From: an uncultured delta proteobacterium
Lineage (GTDB): Bacteria > Desulfobacterota > Binatia > UBA9968
Length of the DNA: 64,000 nucleotides
NCBI GenBank assembly: GCA_963745835.1
Contig: CAVUZH010000019.1
Location: forward strand, 64,001-128,000
Direction: 5' to 3'
A program made the translations under genes and the position numbers. Each line of letters starts with the position of its first letter. Position 1 is the stretch's first letter. This document shows positions 37,354 to 47,327 of the stretch, one piece after another. Below the pieces are notes generated by a model. That model was given only the letters and a program-made list of their open reading frames with translations, was not told the origin of the DNA and searched no databases.

Positions 37354-39681
37354 CTACGTTTGTTTTTTCAAATCCTCTAAGGCCAGATAAACTTTTTCGG
37401 CTTTGATTGGTAAATCCTTGATGCGCACGCCGACGGCATCGAAGATCGCGTTAGCGATGGCGGGCGCCACCGGGATCAAGGCACTCTCGCCGATGCCTTT
37501 AGCGCCGAATGGACCGTTCTTGTCCGGAATCTCAATCGCAATGGGATCGATCGAAGCGGGCATATCAGCCAGCGACGGCAAGACATAGTCGATAAGATTG
37601 GGATTGATCAGCTGGCCATTGTCATAAGCGATCTCTTCGAACACCGCCTGGCCTATGCCGGTAATTGCCGCGCCGGTCATTTGCTGGCGACAGCCGAGTG
37701 GGTTGAGCGCTTTACCGACATCAACCGCCGTGGCGTACTTGAGCAGCTTGAATTTGCCGGTCTCCATGTCCACTTCGACTTCGGCAGCGCCGGCAGAAAG
37801 GAACCAAAATGCCGAAGTGCTCTTTTCACCGAATTCGTCTTTCACCGACGTCTTCAACTCGCCCTCACCGATCAAGGTGCCGCCTTGCATGCCGAATCTC
37901 TTAAACATAATTTCAGCATAATCGAGCGAGCCCTCGGGTAGGCGCACCTTTCCATCGGCGAAGCTCACCTGGTCCGCCGGCACGCCATACTCTTCAACGA
38001 CGATCTCCTTGAGCTGCCGCAGGATGTCCCGCGCCGCGAATTGCACCGCCTTGCCCATATGAAAGGTTGACCGGCTTGACGAGGTCGTCAAATCATAAGG
38101 GACGACATCGGTATCGACGCCCAGAACTTGAATCTGGCGCAATGGAATTCCCAATTCTTCTCCGGCGATCTGCGCCAGCACTGTCTCGGAACCCTGGCCC
38201 ATCTCGACTGTGCCGCAATAGATAGAAAGACTGCTGTCTTCGTTGAGCTTTACCGCGGCGCACGATATCGACGGCGTGATCGTCGCCTTGATCATACAGG
38301 CCAAGCCCTTGCCGCGCTTCAGGCTTGTTCCAGTTGAACCTTGAACGGTTGAACTGTTGAACTGTTGTTCTGCTCCCCAGCCAATTGATTTAGCGACTCC
38401 GTGGAGGCAATCTTTTAAGCCAACGCTGCGCAGTGTTTCTTCGGTCACGAATCGATCGCCATCGACATAGCCGTTCTTGAGCCGAAGCTCGAGGGGGTCC
38501 ATTTTTAGCGCCGCCGCCATGATATCCATTTGCGACTCGACGGCCCATGCCGATTGAGAAACCCCGAAACCACGGAAAGCACCCGCCGGTGGTTTATTGG
38601 TGTAAACGGAATATGAGTCTATTTTCAGGTTAGGAATTCGATATGGGCCGGCCGCTGTGTAGCCTGACTTCTTCGCCACCCGTGGTCCGATTTCAGCATA
38701 GGCGCCGGTGTCGAGATGGATCTCACATTCGCGCGCAATCAGGGTGCCGTCGTTTTTCACGCCGGTTTTCATCCGGATCACCGCGGCGTGTTTGGTGATC
38801 GTGTAGAAGACCTCCTCGCGCGACAGCACCACCCGAACCGGCCGGCGAGCCTTCTGCGCCAGAGCAACTGTAATCGGCTCGACTTTGGGATAAACTTTTC
38901 CGCCGTAACCACCGCCCAGATACGGCACAATCACCCGCACCTTGGACACCGGAATTTTAAATATGCTGGCCAACTGAGTGCGTACGACGAATGGGTTCTG
39001 CGTCGTCGCCCAGACCGTGATGCGCCCCGCCTCCGCTGAGGCGATACAGGCGTGAGTCTCCAGAAAGCAGTGTTGCGTCGCCGGTAAGGTAAATGTGTCT
39101 TCGAAAATGCGGTCCGCTTCCGCGAACCCTTTCTCCACCTCGCCGCGGTTGAGCTTGAAATGCGTGCAGACGTTGGTCCCTTCCACCGGCTTGATTTCGG
39201 CGAGGTCGGCAAAACCGGAAGTCGGCAGTTTGATTGAATCGTGCACTAATACAGCGCGGCTTTTTAACGCTTCATGCACATCGAGCACCGCCGGCAGTTC
39301 TTCGTAATCGACTTCAATCAGGCGCAGCGCCTCTTCGGCAGCATCAACGGTCGCCGCGGCAACGGCGGCCACCGGATCGCCGACATGGCGAACTTTATCC
39401 ACAGCCACGATGGTCTGATCTTTGAAGACCGGACCGTAATAAGGTTCGATACCGTGATCATGAAGAATATCGTCGCGGGTGATGATCGTGATAACGCCGG
39501 TAACTTTGACCGCCTTGGAAATGTCGATTCTCTTTATACGGGCGTGAGGCAGCGGGCTGCGCAGAATTTTGCCGTGGCACATGCCGGGCATGTGCATGTC
39601 CGCCAGATACAATGCCCTGCCCGAGATCTTACTCTCATAATCGAGCCGTCGCGCGGATTTACCGATTTCGCTTGTCTCCAT
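37354..39681 (-). CDS. Xanthine dehydrogenase-family molybdopterin-binding large subunit
   Basis: LRSPLPHARI, GGGYGGK, AFRGFG, MGQG, GAKGIGE; start uncertain (39681 or 39702). Confidence 0.95.
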   Translation of the reverse strand: METSEIGKSARRLDYESKISGRALYLADMHMPGMCHGKILRSPLPHARIKRIDISKAVKVTGVITIITRDDILHDHGIEPYYGPVFKDQTIVAVDKVRHVGDPVAAVAAATVDAAEEALRLIEVDYEELPAVLDVHEALKSRAVLVHDSIKLPTSGFADLAEIKPVEGTNVCTHFKLNRGEVEKGFAEADRIFEDTFTLPATQHCFLETHACIASAEAGRITVWATTQNPFVVRTQLASIFKIPVSKVRVIVPYLGGGYGGKVYPKVEPITVALAQKARRPVRVVLSREEVFYTITKHAAVIRMKTGVKNDGTLIARECEIHLDTGAYAEIGPRVAKKSGYTAAGPYRIPNLKIDSYSVYTNKPPAGAFRGFGVSQSAWAVESQMDIMAAALKMDPLELRLKNGYVDGDRFVTEETLRSVGLKDCLHGVAKSIGWGAEQQFNSSTVQGSTGTSLKRGKGLACMIKATITPSISCAAVKLNEDSSLSIYCGTVEMGQGSETVLAQIAGEELGIPLRQIQVLGVDTDVVPYDLTTSSSRSTFHMGKAVQFAARDILRQLKEIVVEEYGVPADQVSFADGKVRLPEGSLDYAEIMFKRFGMQGGTLIGEGELKTSVKDEFGEKSTSAFWFLSAGAAEVEVDMETGKFKLLKYATAVDVGKALNPLGCRQQMTGAAITGIGQAVFEEIAYDNGQLINPNLIDYVLPSLADMPASIDPIAIEIPDKNGPFGAKGIGESALIPVAPAIANAIFDAVGVRIKDLPIKAEKVYLALEDLKKQT
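38333..38367. repeat. Tandem TTGAAC repeat inside the molybdo-subunit CDS
   Basis: GTTGAACCTTGAACGGTTGAACTGTTGAACTGTTG, encoding QQFNSSTVQGST in frame. Confidence 0.7.
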
Positions 39682-39729
39682 CGAATACGATCCTTCCATC
39701 ATCCCACCTGAGCTCGCACTTTCGAATAC

Positions 39730-39840
39730 CTGGTCGTCAAGAACGCGGCGATTGCAAGGGCGCAGCGCAGGATCGCACCGCAGCGTACACGAGCAGAAGT
39801 TGAGGATGCGAGCCTAGGGCGGCAACTCCGCAAGCGGGCT
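39730..39840. repeat. Intergenic GC-rich palindromic (MITE/REP-like) element
   Basis: GCAAGGGCGCAGCG...GCGTACACG...GTTGAGGATGCG...GCGGGCTTATTC, with internal inverted repeats, between co-oriented subunit genes. Confidence 0.4.
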
Positions 39841-40313
39841 TATTCGCGGCTCAGGCTTGCCACGTTCTTGACCGCTTGCATAATCTCCTGATAACAGCCG
39901 CAGCGGCAAAAGTTGCCGGCCAAGTAATTTCGAATTTGCTCATCGGATGGCTTAGGGCATTCCTCCAGCAAAGCTTTCGCAGTTAAGATGAATCCCGACG
40001 TACAATAGCCGCACTGTAAAGCGCCAAACTCCATGAACGCTTCTTGGACCGGATCGAGCTTGCCATTGCTGTCCAATCCTTCGATGGTCACGACCTCGCA
40101 ACCGTCGGCGTCGACAGCCAGAACAGAACACGCGCTTACCGGTTTGCCGTTGACGAGCAACGTGCAAGCGCCGCACACCTGGATATCGCAGCCGAGCTTG
40201 GCGCCGGTCAATTCGAATTGTTCGCGCACTAGATCGAGCAGCGTGGTGCGCGCTTCAACTTCGACGCTGCGCTCGACGCCGTTAACATTTATTGAAATCG
40301 TCTTGCGATTCAT
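39840..40313 (-). CDS. [2Fe-2S] small subunit (CoxS/XdhC-like)
   Basis: GCDIQVCGACT, QCGYC, CRCGCY. Confidence 0.95.
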   Translation of the reverse strand: MNRKTISINVNGVERSVEVEARTTLLDLVREQFELTGAKLGCDIQVCGACTLLVNGKPVSACSVLAVDADGCEVVTIEGLDSNGKLDPVQEAFMEFGALQCGYCTSGFILTAKALLEECPKPSDEQIRNYLAGNFCRCGCYQEIMQAVKNVASLSRE

Positions 40314-40470
40314 TATGCTTCCGCGCTGTTAAAACCGCTGCGCACGGGAATAGCTTATCTCCACTCGGAACTCACCCCTATCCTAACCTTTCCCGACTAA
40401 AGGAAACGACTGAAACCGACTTGTCACAAATTCATCCTGGGGTGGTGAATGCTCAGGTCTTTCCTGGCGA

Positions 40471-41340
40471 TTATTCGCTGAGAGCTTTCCTGTAGGCCGC
40501 GTCTGCCGCCCGCCTCACTAGTGTCATGACGATCGCTCGTTTGTATTCTTCAGAGCCGCGCAGGTCACCGATCGGACTGCACTCTTGCGACGCTAGAGCG
40601 GCCGCCTCCCTGATAAGATCAGCGTTCAAAATTTTGCCGATGACAAGGGCCTCGGCCTTTTTTGCCCTAACCGGTGTCGGGCCGACACAGCCGAGCACGA
40701 TCCGCGCAACTTGAACGGCTTCTTTGTCCAATGTCACTCGTACTGCTACACCGGCTGAAGGTTTGTCGACCGCAGAACTGCTGGAGAATCGGATGTAGTC
40801 GATGCCGGAACGCGGTGGTGGCGGCGGGAGCACGACTTGTGTGATAATTTCGTCTTCCGCCAAACTGGTCGTATAAAAGTCGAGGAATAGCTCCTCGACC
40901 AGAATCGTGCGCTGCCCAGATGGGCCGGCGACTTTTAACTTACCGTCCAGGGCAATAAAAATTTGTGATAGATCGGTCAGCGGTTCGCCTGAAGCGAGAT
41001 TGCCTCCGACCGTTCCCATGTTGCGCACACGGATATTGGCGACTTCTCTTTCCGCCTCGCAGAGCACTGGAAGTTTTTCTTTGACAAGAGAGGATGTTTC
41101 AATTTCACGATGCGTCACCAGAGCGCCGATGATCAATCCTTCCTTGGTGTCGAACGAAATGCCCTTTAACTCAGAAATCTTTTTGATATTGACCAACGCC
41201 TTGGGCTGATAAAGGCCTTGCTTCATGAGAATCGTGACATGCGCGCCACCGGCAAAAACCTTGGCTTCGCCGGCATGTTGCTTGAGCATGGCGCAAGCCT
41301 CAGCAATCGACGTCGGTTCGAGATAGTCGAAGTTTCTCAT
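40471..41340 (-). CDS. FAD-binding medium subunit (CoxM-like)
   Basis: AGGAHV, RVRNMGTVGGNL, DLRGSEEYK. Confidence 0.95.
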   Translation of the reverse strand: MRNFDYLEPTSIAEACAMLKQHAGEAKVFAGGAHVTILMKQGLYQPKALVNIKKISELKGISFDTKEGLIIGALVTHREIETSSLVKEKLPVLCEAEREVANIRVRNMGTVGGNLASGEPLTDLSQIFIALDGKLKVAGPSGQRTILVEELFLDFYTTSLAEDEIITQVVLPPPPPRSGIDYIRFSSSSAVDKPSAGVAVRVTLDKEAVQVARIVLGCVGPTPVRAKKAEALVIGKILNADLIREAAALASQECSPIGDLRGSEEYKRAIVMTLVRRAADAAYRKALSE

Positions 41341-41461
41341 GTCTTGGAAGGACGTTCAGACTTTATCCCGCCAAGACGGAAGGGTGCCAATTTAACGGGA
41401 TTTACCAATTTTCCAAACCTTTGCGCCTTTTCGTCCTTGAGCGAGTCACGATCCTCTGCGC

Positions 41462-42808
41462 TTAAATATACTTCACTTTATCGACACCGGGGATTTCGAC
41501 TTTTTCAAAGCGCCAGCGATCTTTCATTGGGGCGGTGGCATCGATACCCAACCCGGCAGTGACACGGGATTCCGGACACGACGGGTCAAGCGTCGAGCAA
41601 GCGATGCGTGGGATGATGATCGCGTCTTTGTCCGCTTGGAACCGTGTCGCCATCGCCCAATCTACCTGCATCGGATCAAAGGGATCGATGTCATCGTCGA
41701 CAACGATCACCTGCTTGAGGCCGATGCCCATTGAAAGAAGCGCCAGAATAACGTTGCGCCCTTCGTTCTCGGCGCGCTTTTTGATCGACACTACGACATG
41801 ATGGCGGAAGGTCCCTCCCGGCGTCATGTTAATGCCGCGCACTTCGGGCACGACCTTTCTTACTTCGCGATAAACTACCGCCGCGTTGCCATACTCGATC
41901 AAGGTGTGATTTTCCGTCACTGGCATGCCGGTGAGCGCGGTCTGCCAGATCGGATTCTGGCGCATCGTGATCGCGGTCACTTTGAGCACGGGCGCTTGCT
42001 TGGCTTCGCTGTAGCAGCCGGGATATTCACCATACGGCCCGTCGCCCACCCGTTCGCCTGGAACTGTCACACCTTCGATGACGACCTCGGAGAAGGCGGG
42101 CACCTCGACGTCAATCGTTTCGCATCTGGTTAGCTTCACCGCGGCGCCGCGCAAGCCGCCGGCGACATGAAACTCGTCGATGCCGAACGGCACCCGCGCC
42201 TGCGAGCCGACGACGATGGCTGGATCGACGCCGACAGCGGTGGCAACTTCCAAACCTTTCTTCTTCTCTTCGGCCATCAGAATCATGCGGCCCAAGTGAT
42301 GGTCGGCCGGCGCCCAAAGCGAGAGCCGGTCCTTGCCAAGCACCAGCATGCGATGAACCGACAAATTGCGTATACCGGTGTCGGGATTCTTGCCGACCTG
42401 CACGCCGATGGTGACATACGGACCGCAATCCTTGCTCGCGTGGGTGACGATCGGCAGCTTAGACAAATCGACCTGGTCACCGGTCCACTTGATCTCTTTG
42501 CACGGAGCATTCGAAACAATCTCAGGGGGGATGTGCTTGTCTTCCAGAGTCATGTAGCGCTCGAGCATCTGCTCTTGCGGCACGCCGAGTCCGAGGGCCA
42601 CTAGTTTTCTGGTTGCGAACAGTCCGCCCAACACGCGCCAGCCGGGATAGCCTCTTACGTTTTCAAATAGCAACGCCGGTCCTTCGATGTCGGAAGTCTT
42701 GCGCATCCCCGCGGCGATCTCGTACTTGACATCGACTTCGTCTTTGACCCGCAGTAACTGCTTCTGGCTTTCCAGGTGCGTTAGAAAGCTTCTAAGATCT
42801 TCGAACAT
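41462..42808 (-). CDS. UbiD-family (de)carboxylase
   Basis: PALLFENV, NLSVHR, DGPYGEYPG, VVDDDID, LDPS, GIDAT. Confidence 0.93.
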   Translation of the reverse strand: MFEDLRSFLTHLESQKQLLRVKDEVDVKYEIAAGMRKTSDIEGPALLFENVRGYPGWRVLGGLFATRKLVALGLGVPQEQMLERYMTLEDKHIPPEIVSNAPCKEIKWTGDQVDLSKLPIVTHASKDCGPYVTIGVQVGKNPDTGIRNLSVHRMLVLGKDRLSLWAPADHHLGRMILMAEEKKKGLEVATAVGVDPAIVVGSQARVPFGIDEFHVAGGLRGAAVKLTRCETIDVEVPAFSEVVIEGVTVPGERVGDGPYGEYPGCYSEAKQAPVLKVTAITMRQNPIWQTALTGMPVTENHTLIEYGNAAVVYREVRKVVPEVRGINMTPGGTFRHHVVVSIKKRAENEGRNVILALLSMGIGLKQVIVVDDDIDPFDPMQVDWAMATRFQADKDAIIIPRIACSTLDPSCPESRVTAGLGIDATAPMKDRWRFEKVEIPGVDKVKYI

Positions 42809-42922
42809 GAGACAACCTCTAACATTCAGATGAGGTGATGGAGTTGGATTACTGGGTTCCGGAGTTTCCGGCGCAACACTCCAACACTCTAGCCTTGGTC
42901 TCTTCTATCAATCATCGCGCCA

Positions 42923-43906
42923 TCAGTTCAACCGCAACAGCGGCAGCACTTCGTCGATAAATCTTCTCACCTGCTCAAGTTGATCATTGACGGTAAATCG
43001 CAGCACCGGCGTAGTGATGCCCATGTCGATCCATTCTTGAATCAGTCGTGCGCAGTCTTTCGGCGGTCCGTGCGCAAGCCAGACCTTGATCAAGCTTTCC
43101 GGCGGATAAGTCGGGCCGTAATAATGATTGAAGTAATCTTTGGCTTGGGCGTAGGCTGATTGTTTGTCGTCGTTGACGTTGACCATGCCATGAATGGCTA
43201 CTTCGAAGTTTGATAAGTCTTTGCCGATCTCATTGGCGGTTTCCTCGATGATTCTTAACCGTTTGCCAAGCTCTTGCGGCGTCACTCCCATGGTAATGTA
43301 GCCATCGGCGAGCGCGCCCACCCGGCGCATCGCTTGATCAACGACCTTGTCGCCGGCTTGCTCACGCTCCGGGCTGACCGCGATCCAAATCGGCGGCGGC
43401 TTCTGCACCGGTTTCGGCACGATGTTGTAGCCTTCGAGCGTGTAATATTTGCCCTTGTGCACGACCTCTTTGTCACTCCAGATTTGACGGAGCAATTGAA
43501 TGCCCTCTTTCATGCGTCCAACGCGCTCTTCGCGCTTGACACCGAAAGCTCTGAGCTCGCCTTCATGCCCGCCGCCGATGCAGACGCCGAGCAACGCTCG
43601 TCCCTGAGAGATCTGATCGAGCGACGCCCATTGAATCGCGAGCAGAACCGGATGGCGCACGGGGAAAGAAGCCATACAAATCGTGCCGAGGCGTACTTTT
43701 TTGGTGTGAGTCGCTACCGCCGCAAGCATGGTGATCGCTTCCAAGCGCGGTTTATGAATCAGACTATCGCCGAACCACACGGATTCGAAGACTCCCGACT
43801 GGTCGGCGCGCTTGGCCGTTTCGATAAGCTCATCGATATCGGTGAGCCCGAACAATGCGCCTCGATTCGGCAGACTAATACCCCACTTTATCGGCAGCTT
43901 TCGCAT
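42923..43906 (-). CDS. LLM-class flavin-dependent oxidoreductase
   Basis: FESVWFGDS, VRLGT, WASLDQISQGR, PKPVQKPPPIW; start at ATG 43906 or GTG 43924. Confidence 0.93.
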   Translation of the reverse strand: MRKLPIKWGISLPNRGALFGLTDIDELIETAKRADQSGVFESVWFGDSLIHKPRLEAITMLAAVATHTKKVRLGTICMASFPVRHPVLLAIQWASLDQISQGRALLGVCIGGGHEGELRAFGVKREERVGRMKEGIQLLRQIWSDKEVVHKGKYYTLEGYNIVPKPVQKPPPIWIAVSPEREQAGDKVVDQAMRRVGALADGYITMGVTPQELGKRLRIIEETANEIGKDLSNFEVAIHGMVNVNDDKQSAYAQAKDYFNHYYGPTYPPESLIKVWLAHGPPKDCARLIQEWIDMGITTPVLRFTVNDQLEQVRRFIDEVLPLLRLN

Positions 43907-44200
43907 CCTTGCTTCCCCGTCCACTGTTAAGAGAACGCCGATGAGCTGTCAAGCAGATGTCACAGCTGCAAAATGATCACGATGCATAATGGAGTTTGCC
44001 CCGCGTCGTACGATGGTTTGGAAATCAGAAATCTTGAGTTTTAACTCGAACGAGAAGAGGGCGTCTTCCTCGGTTCAACGGCCTAAAGTTCGGCTTGACA
44101 GGCGCGCGCGATTGCGCGCATAGCATAAGTGCATCGGCCGGATGACACCTTGTCGCTGCGGCCAGTCATGATTCAAAACCTAAGTCGGAGGTAGACCAAA

Positions 44201-45637
44201 ATGCCGAAAGATTTTCGCAGTTATTTGGATGAACTGTTAGAAAAGCGCCCCAAGGATGTCGTGGTCGTCGATAAACCAGTCGATCCGCGTTATGAAGCCA
44301 GCGCGATTGTCGAGAAATTTGAACGAAAAAATGAATTCCCTTTGGTTTTTTTCAAAAATATCAAGGGCTCGAAGATTCCCCTGGTTATCAATCTGGGCGC
44401 CACTTATGAACGGCTGGCATTGTCGCTGGGCTCCCCATCGGTGCCGCAGATGGTCAAGGATCTGGCCCATCGCGAGCACAATCCGGTTCCGGTCAAAGAG
44501 ATTTCAGCCAGAGACGCGCCCTGCAAAGAGGTGATTCTTAAAGGCGACGCTGCCGATCTCGATCTTTTACCGGTCCTCACCCTCAATGAAGGCGACGCCG
44601 GCGCCTATGTCAACGCCGCCGCGATGATCTGCAAAGAGCGCGGCACAGGCGCAGTAAACGTCGGCATCTATCGACACCAGAAGCAGGGCAAAAGGCAGCT
44701 CGGCCTGATGGTCAACCCCGCCAATCACGCTAATTATGTCCGCGCCGAATACGAAGATCATAACGAACCCATGGAAGTCGCTCTCGTCATCGGGCATCAC
44801 CCTGCATTGAATATGGCCGCGGTCAGCAAGCAAGCCGGCGTCGGCTCGGAATTGGAGATTGCGGGCTCATTTTTGGGCGAACCCTTGGAAGTCGTCAAGG
44901 CCGAGACGGTGAACTTGATGGTGCCGGCCCGCGCCGAGATCATCATCGAAGGAATCGTGCCGCCGAAAAAGCGCCACTACGAAGGACCCTTCGGCGAATG
45001 GCCGCATTACTACTATAAAGAAGGCGAGCAGCCTTACATCGAAGTCACCGCGATTACCATGCGCAAAAATCCGATCTATCAGTGCATCCACAGCGCCCAC
45101 TTCGAGCACAACATCATCGGCGCTGCGCCAAGATTGGGCAGCTTGCTCAAGCGCATTCAAGAAGTCGTCCCGAGCACGACCGGGGTTAACATGCCGATCT
45201 CCGGCGCCGCCCGCTCGCATTGTTACATCTCGGTTAAAAAGAGAGCCGAAGGCGAACCGAAACAGGCCGCGCTCGGAGCCCTGGTCACCGATCCGAACAT
45301 CAAACATGTGATCGTGGTCGACGATGACGTCGATGTGTTCAATGAAACCCAAGTGCTGTGGGCGCTGGCTATGCGCTTTCAAGCGGACCGTGATCTGGTG
45401 ATCATTCCCAACATCATCGGCTCGCATCTCAATCCTACGGCGTACGGCTTCAACCGTATGGAAAAGGGTCCCATGGAAACCAAATTGATCTTCGACGCGA
45501 CCAAGCCGCTGCCGCCGTACCATTTTCCCAAGGAAGCACAAGCGCCCGACGAGGTGTTGAATAGAATCGATCTTGCACGCGACACGCGGCCGTACGAGCC
45601 GGGGCCCGATGACCGGATCATTACTGGTAAGGAATGA
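44201..45637 (+). CDS. UbiD-family (de)carboxylase
   Basis: NVGIYR, VPARAEIIIEG, EGPFGEW, VVDDDVD, FDATKP; RBS GGAGG. Confidence 0.93.
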   Translation: MPKDFRSYLDELLEKRPKDVVVVDKPVDPRYEASAIVEKFERKNEFPLVFFKNIKGSKIPLVINLGATYERLALSLGSPSVPQMVKDLAHREHNPVPVKEISARDAPCKEVILKGDAADLDLLPVLTLNEGDAGAYVNAAAMICKERGTGAVNVGIYRHQKQGKRQLGLMVNPANHANYVRAEYEDHNEPMEVALVIGHHPALNMAAVSKQAGVGSELEIAGSFLGEPLEVVKAETVNLMVPARAEIIIEGIVPPKKRHYEGPFGEWPHYYYKEGEQPYIEVTAITMRKNPIYQCIHSAHFEHNIIGAAPRLGSLLKRIQEVVPSTTGVNMPISGAARSHCYISVKKRAEGEPKQAALGALVTDPNIKHVIVVDDDVDVFNETQVLWALAMRFQADRDLVIIPNIIGSHLNPTAYGFNRMEKGPMETKLIFDATKPLPPYHFPKEAQAPDEVLNRIDLARDTRPYEPGPDDRIITGKE

Positions 45638-45643
45638 TCCGGT

Positions 45644-45749
45644 GTTCCAGACGTTCCAGCCGTTTCAATCATTCCAAGAAGTTATCATTAGAGCGATCTG
45701 ATTCTGTTTGCACGACTGGAACGAATGGAACCTTTGGAACTATTGGAAC
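45644..45749. repeat. Inverted repeat built from tandem 9-bp GTTCCANNN units
   Basis: GTTCCAGAC GTTCCAGCC GTTTCAATC ATTCCAA ... TGGAACGAA TGGAACCTT TGGAACTAT TGGAAC. Confidence 0.85.
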
Positions 45750-45767
45750 CAAGGCCGCAGGCGAAAC

Positions 45768-46550
45768 ATGGTTGAGATCCAGGGGGTCTCAAAAAGTTTT
45801 CACAAAACCGTCAAAGAGCACACGACGGAGGTCAAGGCATTGGCGGACGTGAGTCTCTCCATCCGCGAGAACGAGTTTATCAGTATCATCGGCCCGAGCG
45901 GTTGCGGCAAAACCACCTTGCTTAAAATGATCGACGGCTTGATCCCGTACGATGGCGGCAAGATCCTCATTGACGGCAAGCAGGTCACGGCACCGGGGCC
46001 CGACCGAGCTGTCGTATTTCAAGCTTTTGCTTTGTTGCCCTGGCGCACCGTGCTCGCCAATGTGGAGTTCAGCCTTGAACTGCGCCGATTGCCCAAAGAA
46101 GCTCGCACAAAGACCGCCCGCGACTATCTTAAACGCGTCGGTTTGAGCGATTTCGAAAATCATTATCCCCACGAGCTCTCCGGCGGCATGCAGCAGCGCG
46201 CGGGACTGGCCCGCGCGCTGGCAGTCAACCCGTCGATCCTGCTGATGGACGAACCGTTCGGCGCAGTTGACGCCCAAACCCGCCAGCTCTTACAAGAGGA
46301 ATTGTTGGAGCTGTGGCAACGTGAACGCAAGACGGTGATCTTCATTACCCATAGCATGGATGAAGCGGTTTATCTTTCTGACCGGGTCGTGGTGATGACT
46401 CCCCGTCCCGGAAAAGTAGCTGAAATTCTCGATGTCCCGCTGGCGCGGCCGCGTGTCTCCGAAGCGGTGCGCCGCGATGCCAAATTCGTCGACCTGACCA
46501 ATTATATTTGGGAAAGTCTCAAGAAGGCGATGGAGAACCACCACCCGTGA
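45768..46550 (+). CDS. NitT/TauT ABC transporter ATP-binding protein
   Basis: GPSGCGKT, LSGGMQQR, LMDEPF, ITH; start reset to ATG 45768. Confidence 0.95.
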   Translation: MVEIQGVSKSFHKTVKEHTTEVKALADVSLSIRENEFISIIGPSGCGKTTLLKMIDGLIPYDGGKILIDGKQVTAPGPDRAVVFQAFALLPWRTVLANVEFSLELRRLPKEARTKTARDYLKRVGLSDFENHYPHELSGGMQQRAGLARALAVNPSILLMDEPFGAVDAQTRQLLQEELLELWQRERKTVIFITHSMDEAVYLSDRVVVMTPRPGKVAEILDVPLARPRVSEAVRRDAKFVDLTNYIWESLKKAMENHHP

Positions 46551-47302
46551 AGAGCCGCTTTGGCACCAACTTTTTTTCTCTTCTCTCGTTGGCGCTGCTG
46601 TGGGAAGTTACGGGGCGAGCAATGGATTCCACCTTGATTCCGCCATTGTCGCAAATCGGCGCGGCGTGGTGGAAGCTTCTGAGCAGCGGCAAACTGTTGT
46701 CAAACCTGAGTATGAGCCTCACCACGTTGGTGACCGGTTTTTGTCTTGCCGTGTTGATCGGGGTTGTCGTCGGGCTCCTCATGGGACGTTTTCGCGCCGT
46801 CGAACATTTTTTGGATCTTTATGTCAATGCTCTAATGTCGGCGCCGAGTACCGCCTTCGTGCCGGTGCTCATTCTATGGTTCGGTCTGGGCGTGGAATCG
46901 CGCGTCGCGGTCGTATTTCTCTTCGCGGTGTTCGTCATCATCATCAACACCATGACCGGCGTTAAACAGGTCGACACCGTTCTCGTCGAGATGGCGCGCT
47001 CCTTCGGAGCTCGAGAAAAAGAGATCTTTTTCATGATCATACTCCCCGCCGCCCTCCCGGCAATTATGGCGGGGCTTCGGCTCGGCATGGGCCGCGCCGT
47101 AAAAGGTATGGTAACAGCGGAAATGTTGCTCACGCTTACGGGTATCGGCGCCATGATCATGCAATACGGCTCATCTTTTGCCACCGATTCGCTCTTTGCG
47201 GTGATTTTCACCGTGTTGTTAATAGCGCTTTTGACAATGAAGGCGGTGCAGTGGCTCGACCGCAGATTAACCGGCTGGAAGGCGGAGATCGCTATCGAAT
47301 AG
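46547..47302 (+). CDS. NitT/TauT ABC transporter permease
   Basis: WFGLG, EMARSFGA, LPAALP, VTAEM; GTG start overlapping the upstream stop. Confidence 0.93.
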   Translation: MKSRFGTNFFSLLSLALLWEVTGRAMDSTLIPPLSQIGAAWWKLLSSGKLLSNLSMSLTTLVTGFCLAVLIGVVVGLLMGRFRAVEHFLDLYVNALMSAPSTAFVPVLILWFGLGVESRVAVVFLFAVFVIIINTMTGVKQVDTVLVEMARSFGAREKEIFFMIILPAALPAIMAGLRLGMGRAVKGMVTAEMLLTLTGIGAMIMQYGSSFATDSLFAVIFTVLLIALLTMKAVQWLDRRLTGWKAEIAIE

Positions 47303-47327
47303 TCAATCAAACTTAGGAGGGAATCGT

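Noticed and set aside
37354-41340. Aerobic CO dehydrogenase
   Set aside because: The active-site loop is AFRGFG rather than the form I AYxCSFR, and no cox accessory genes are present.
45708-45767. WNEWNLWNYWN extension on the ABC ATPase
   Set aside because: An artefact of translating the TGGAACNNN repeat from a TTG; the ATPase plausibly starts at ATG 45768.
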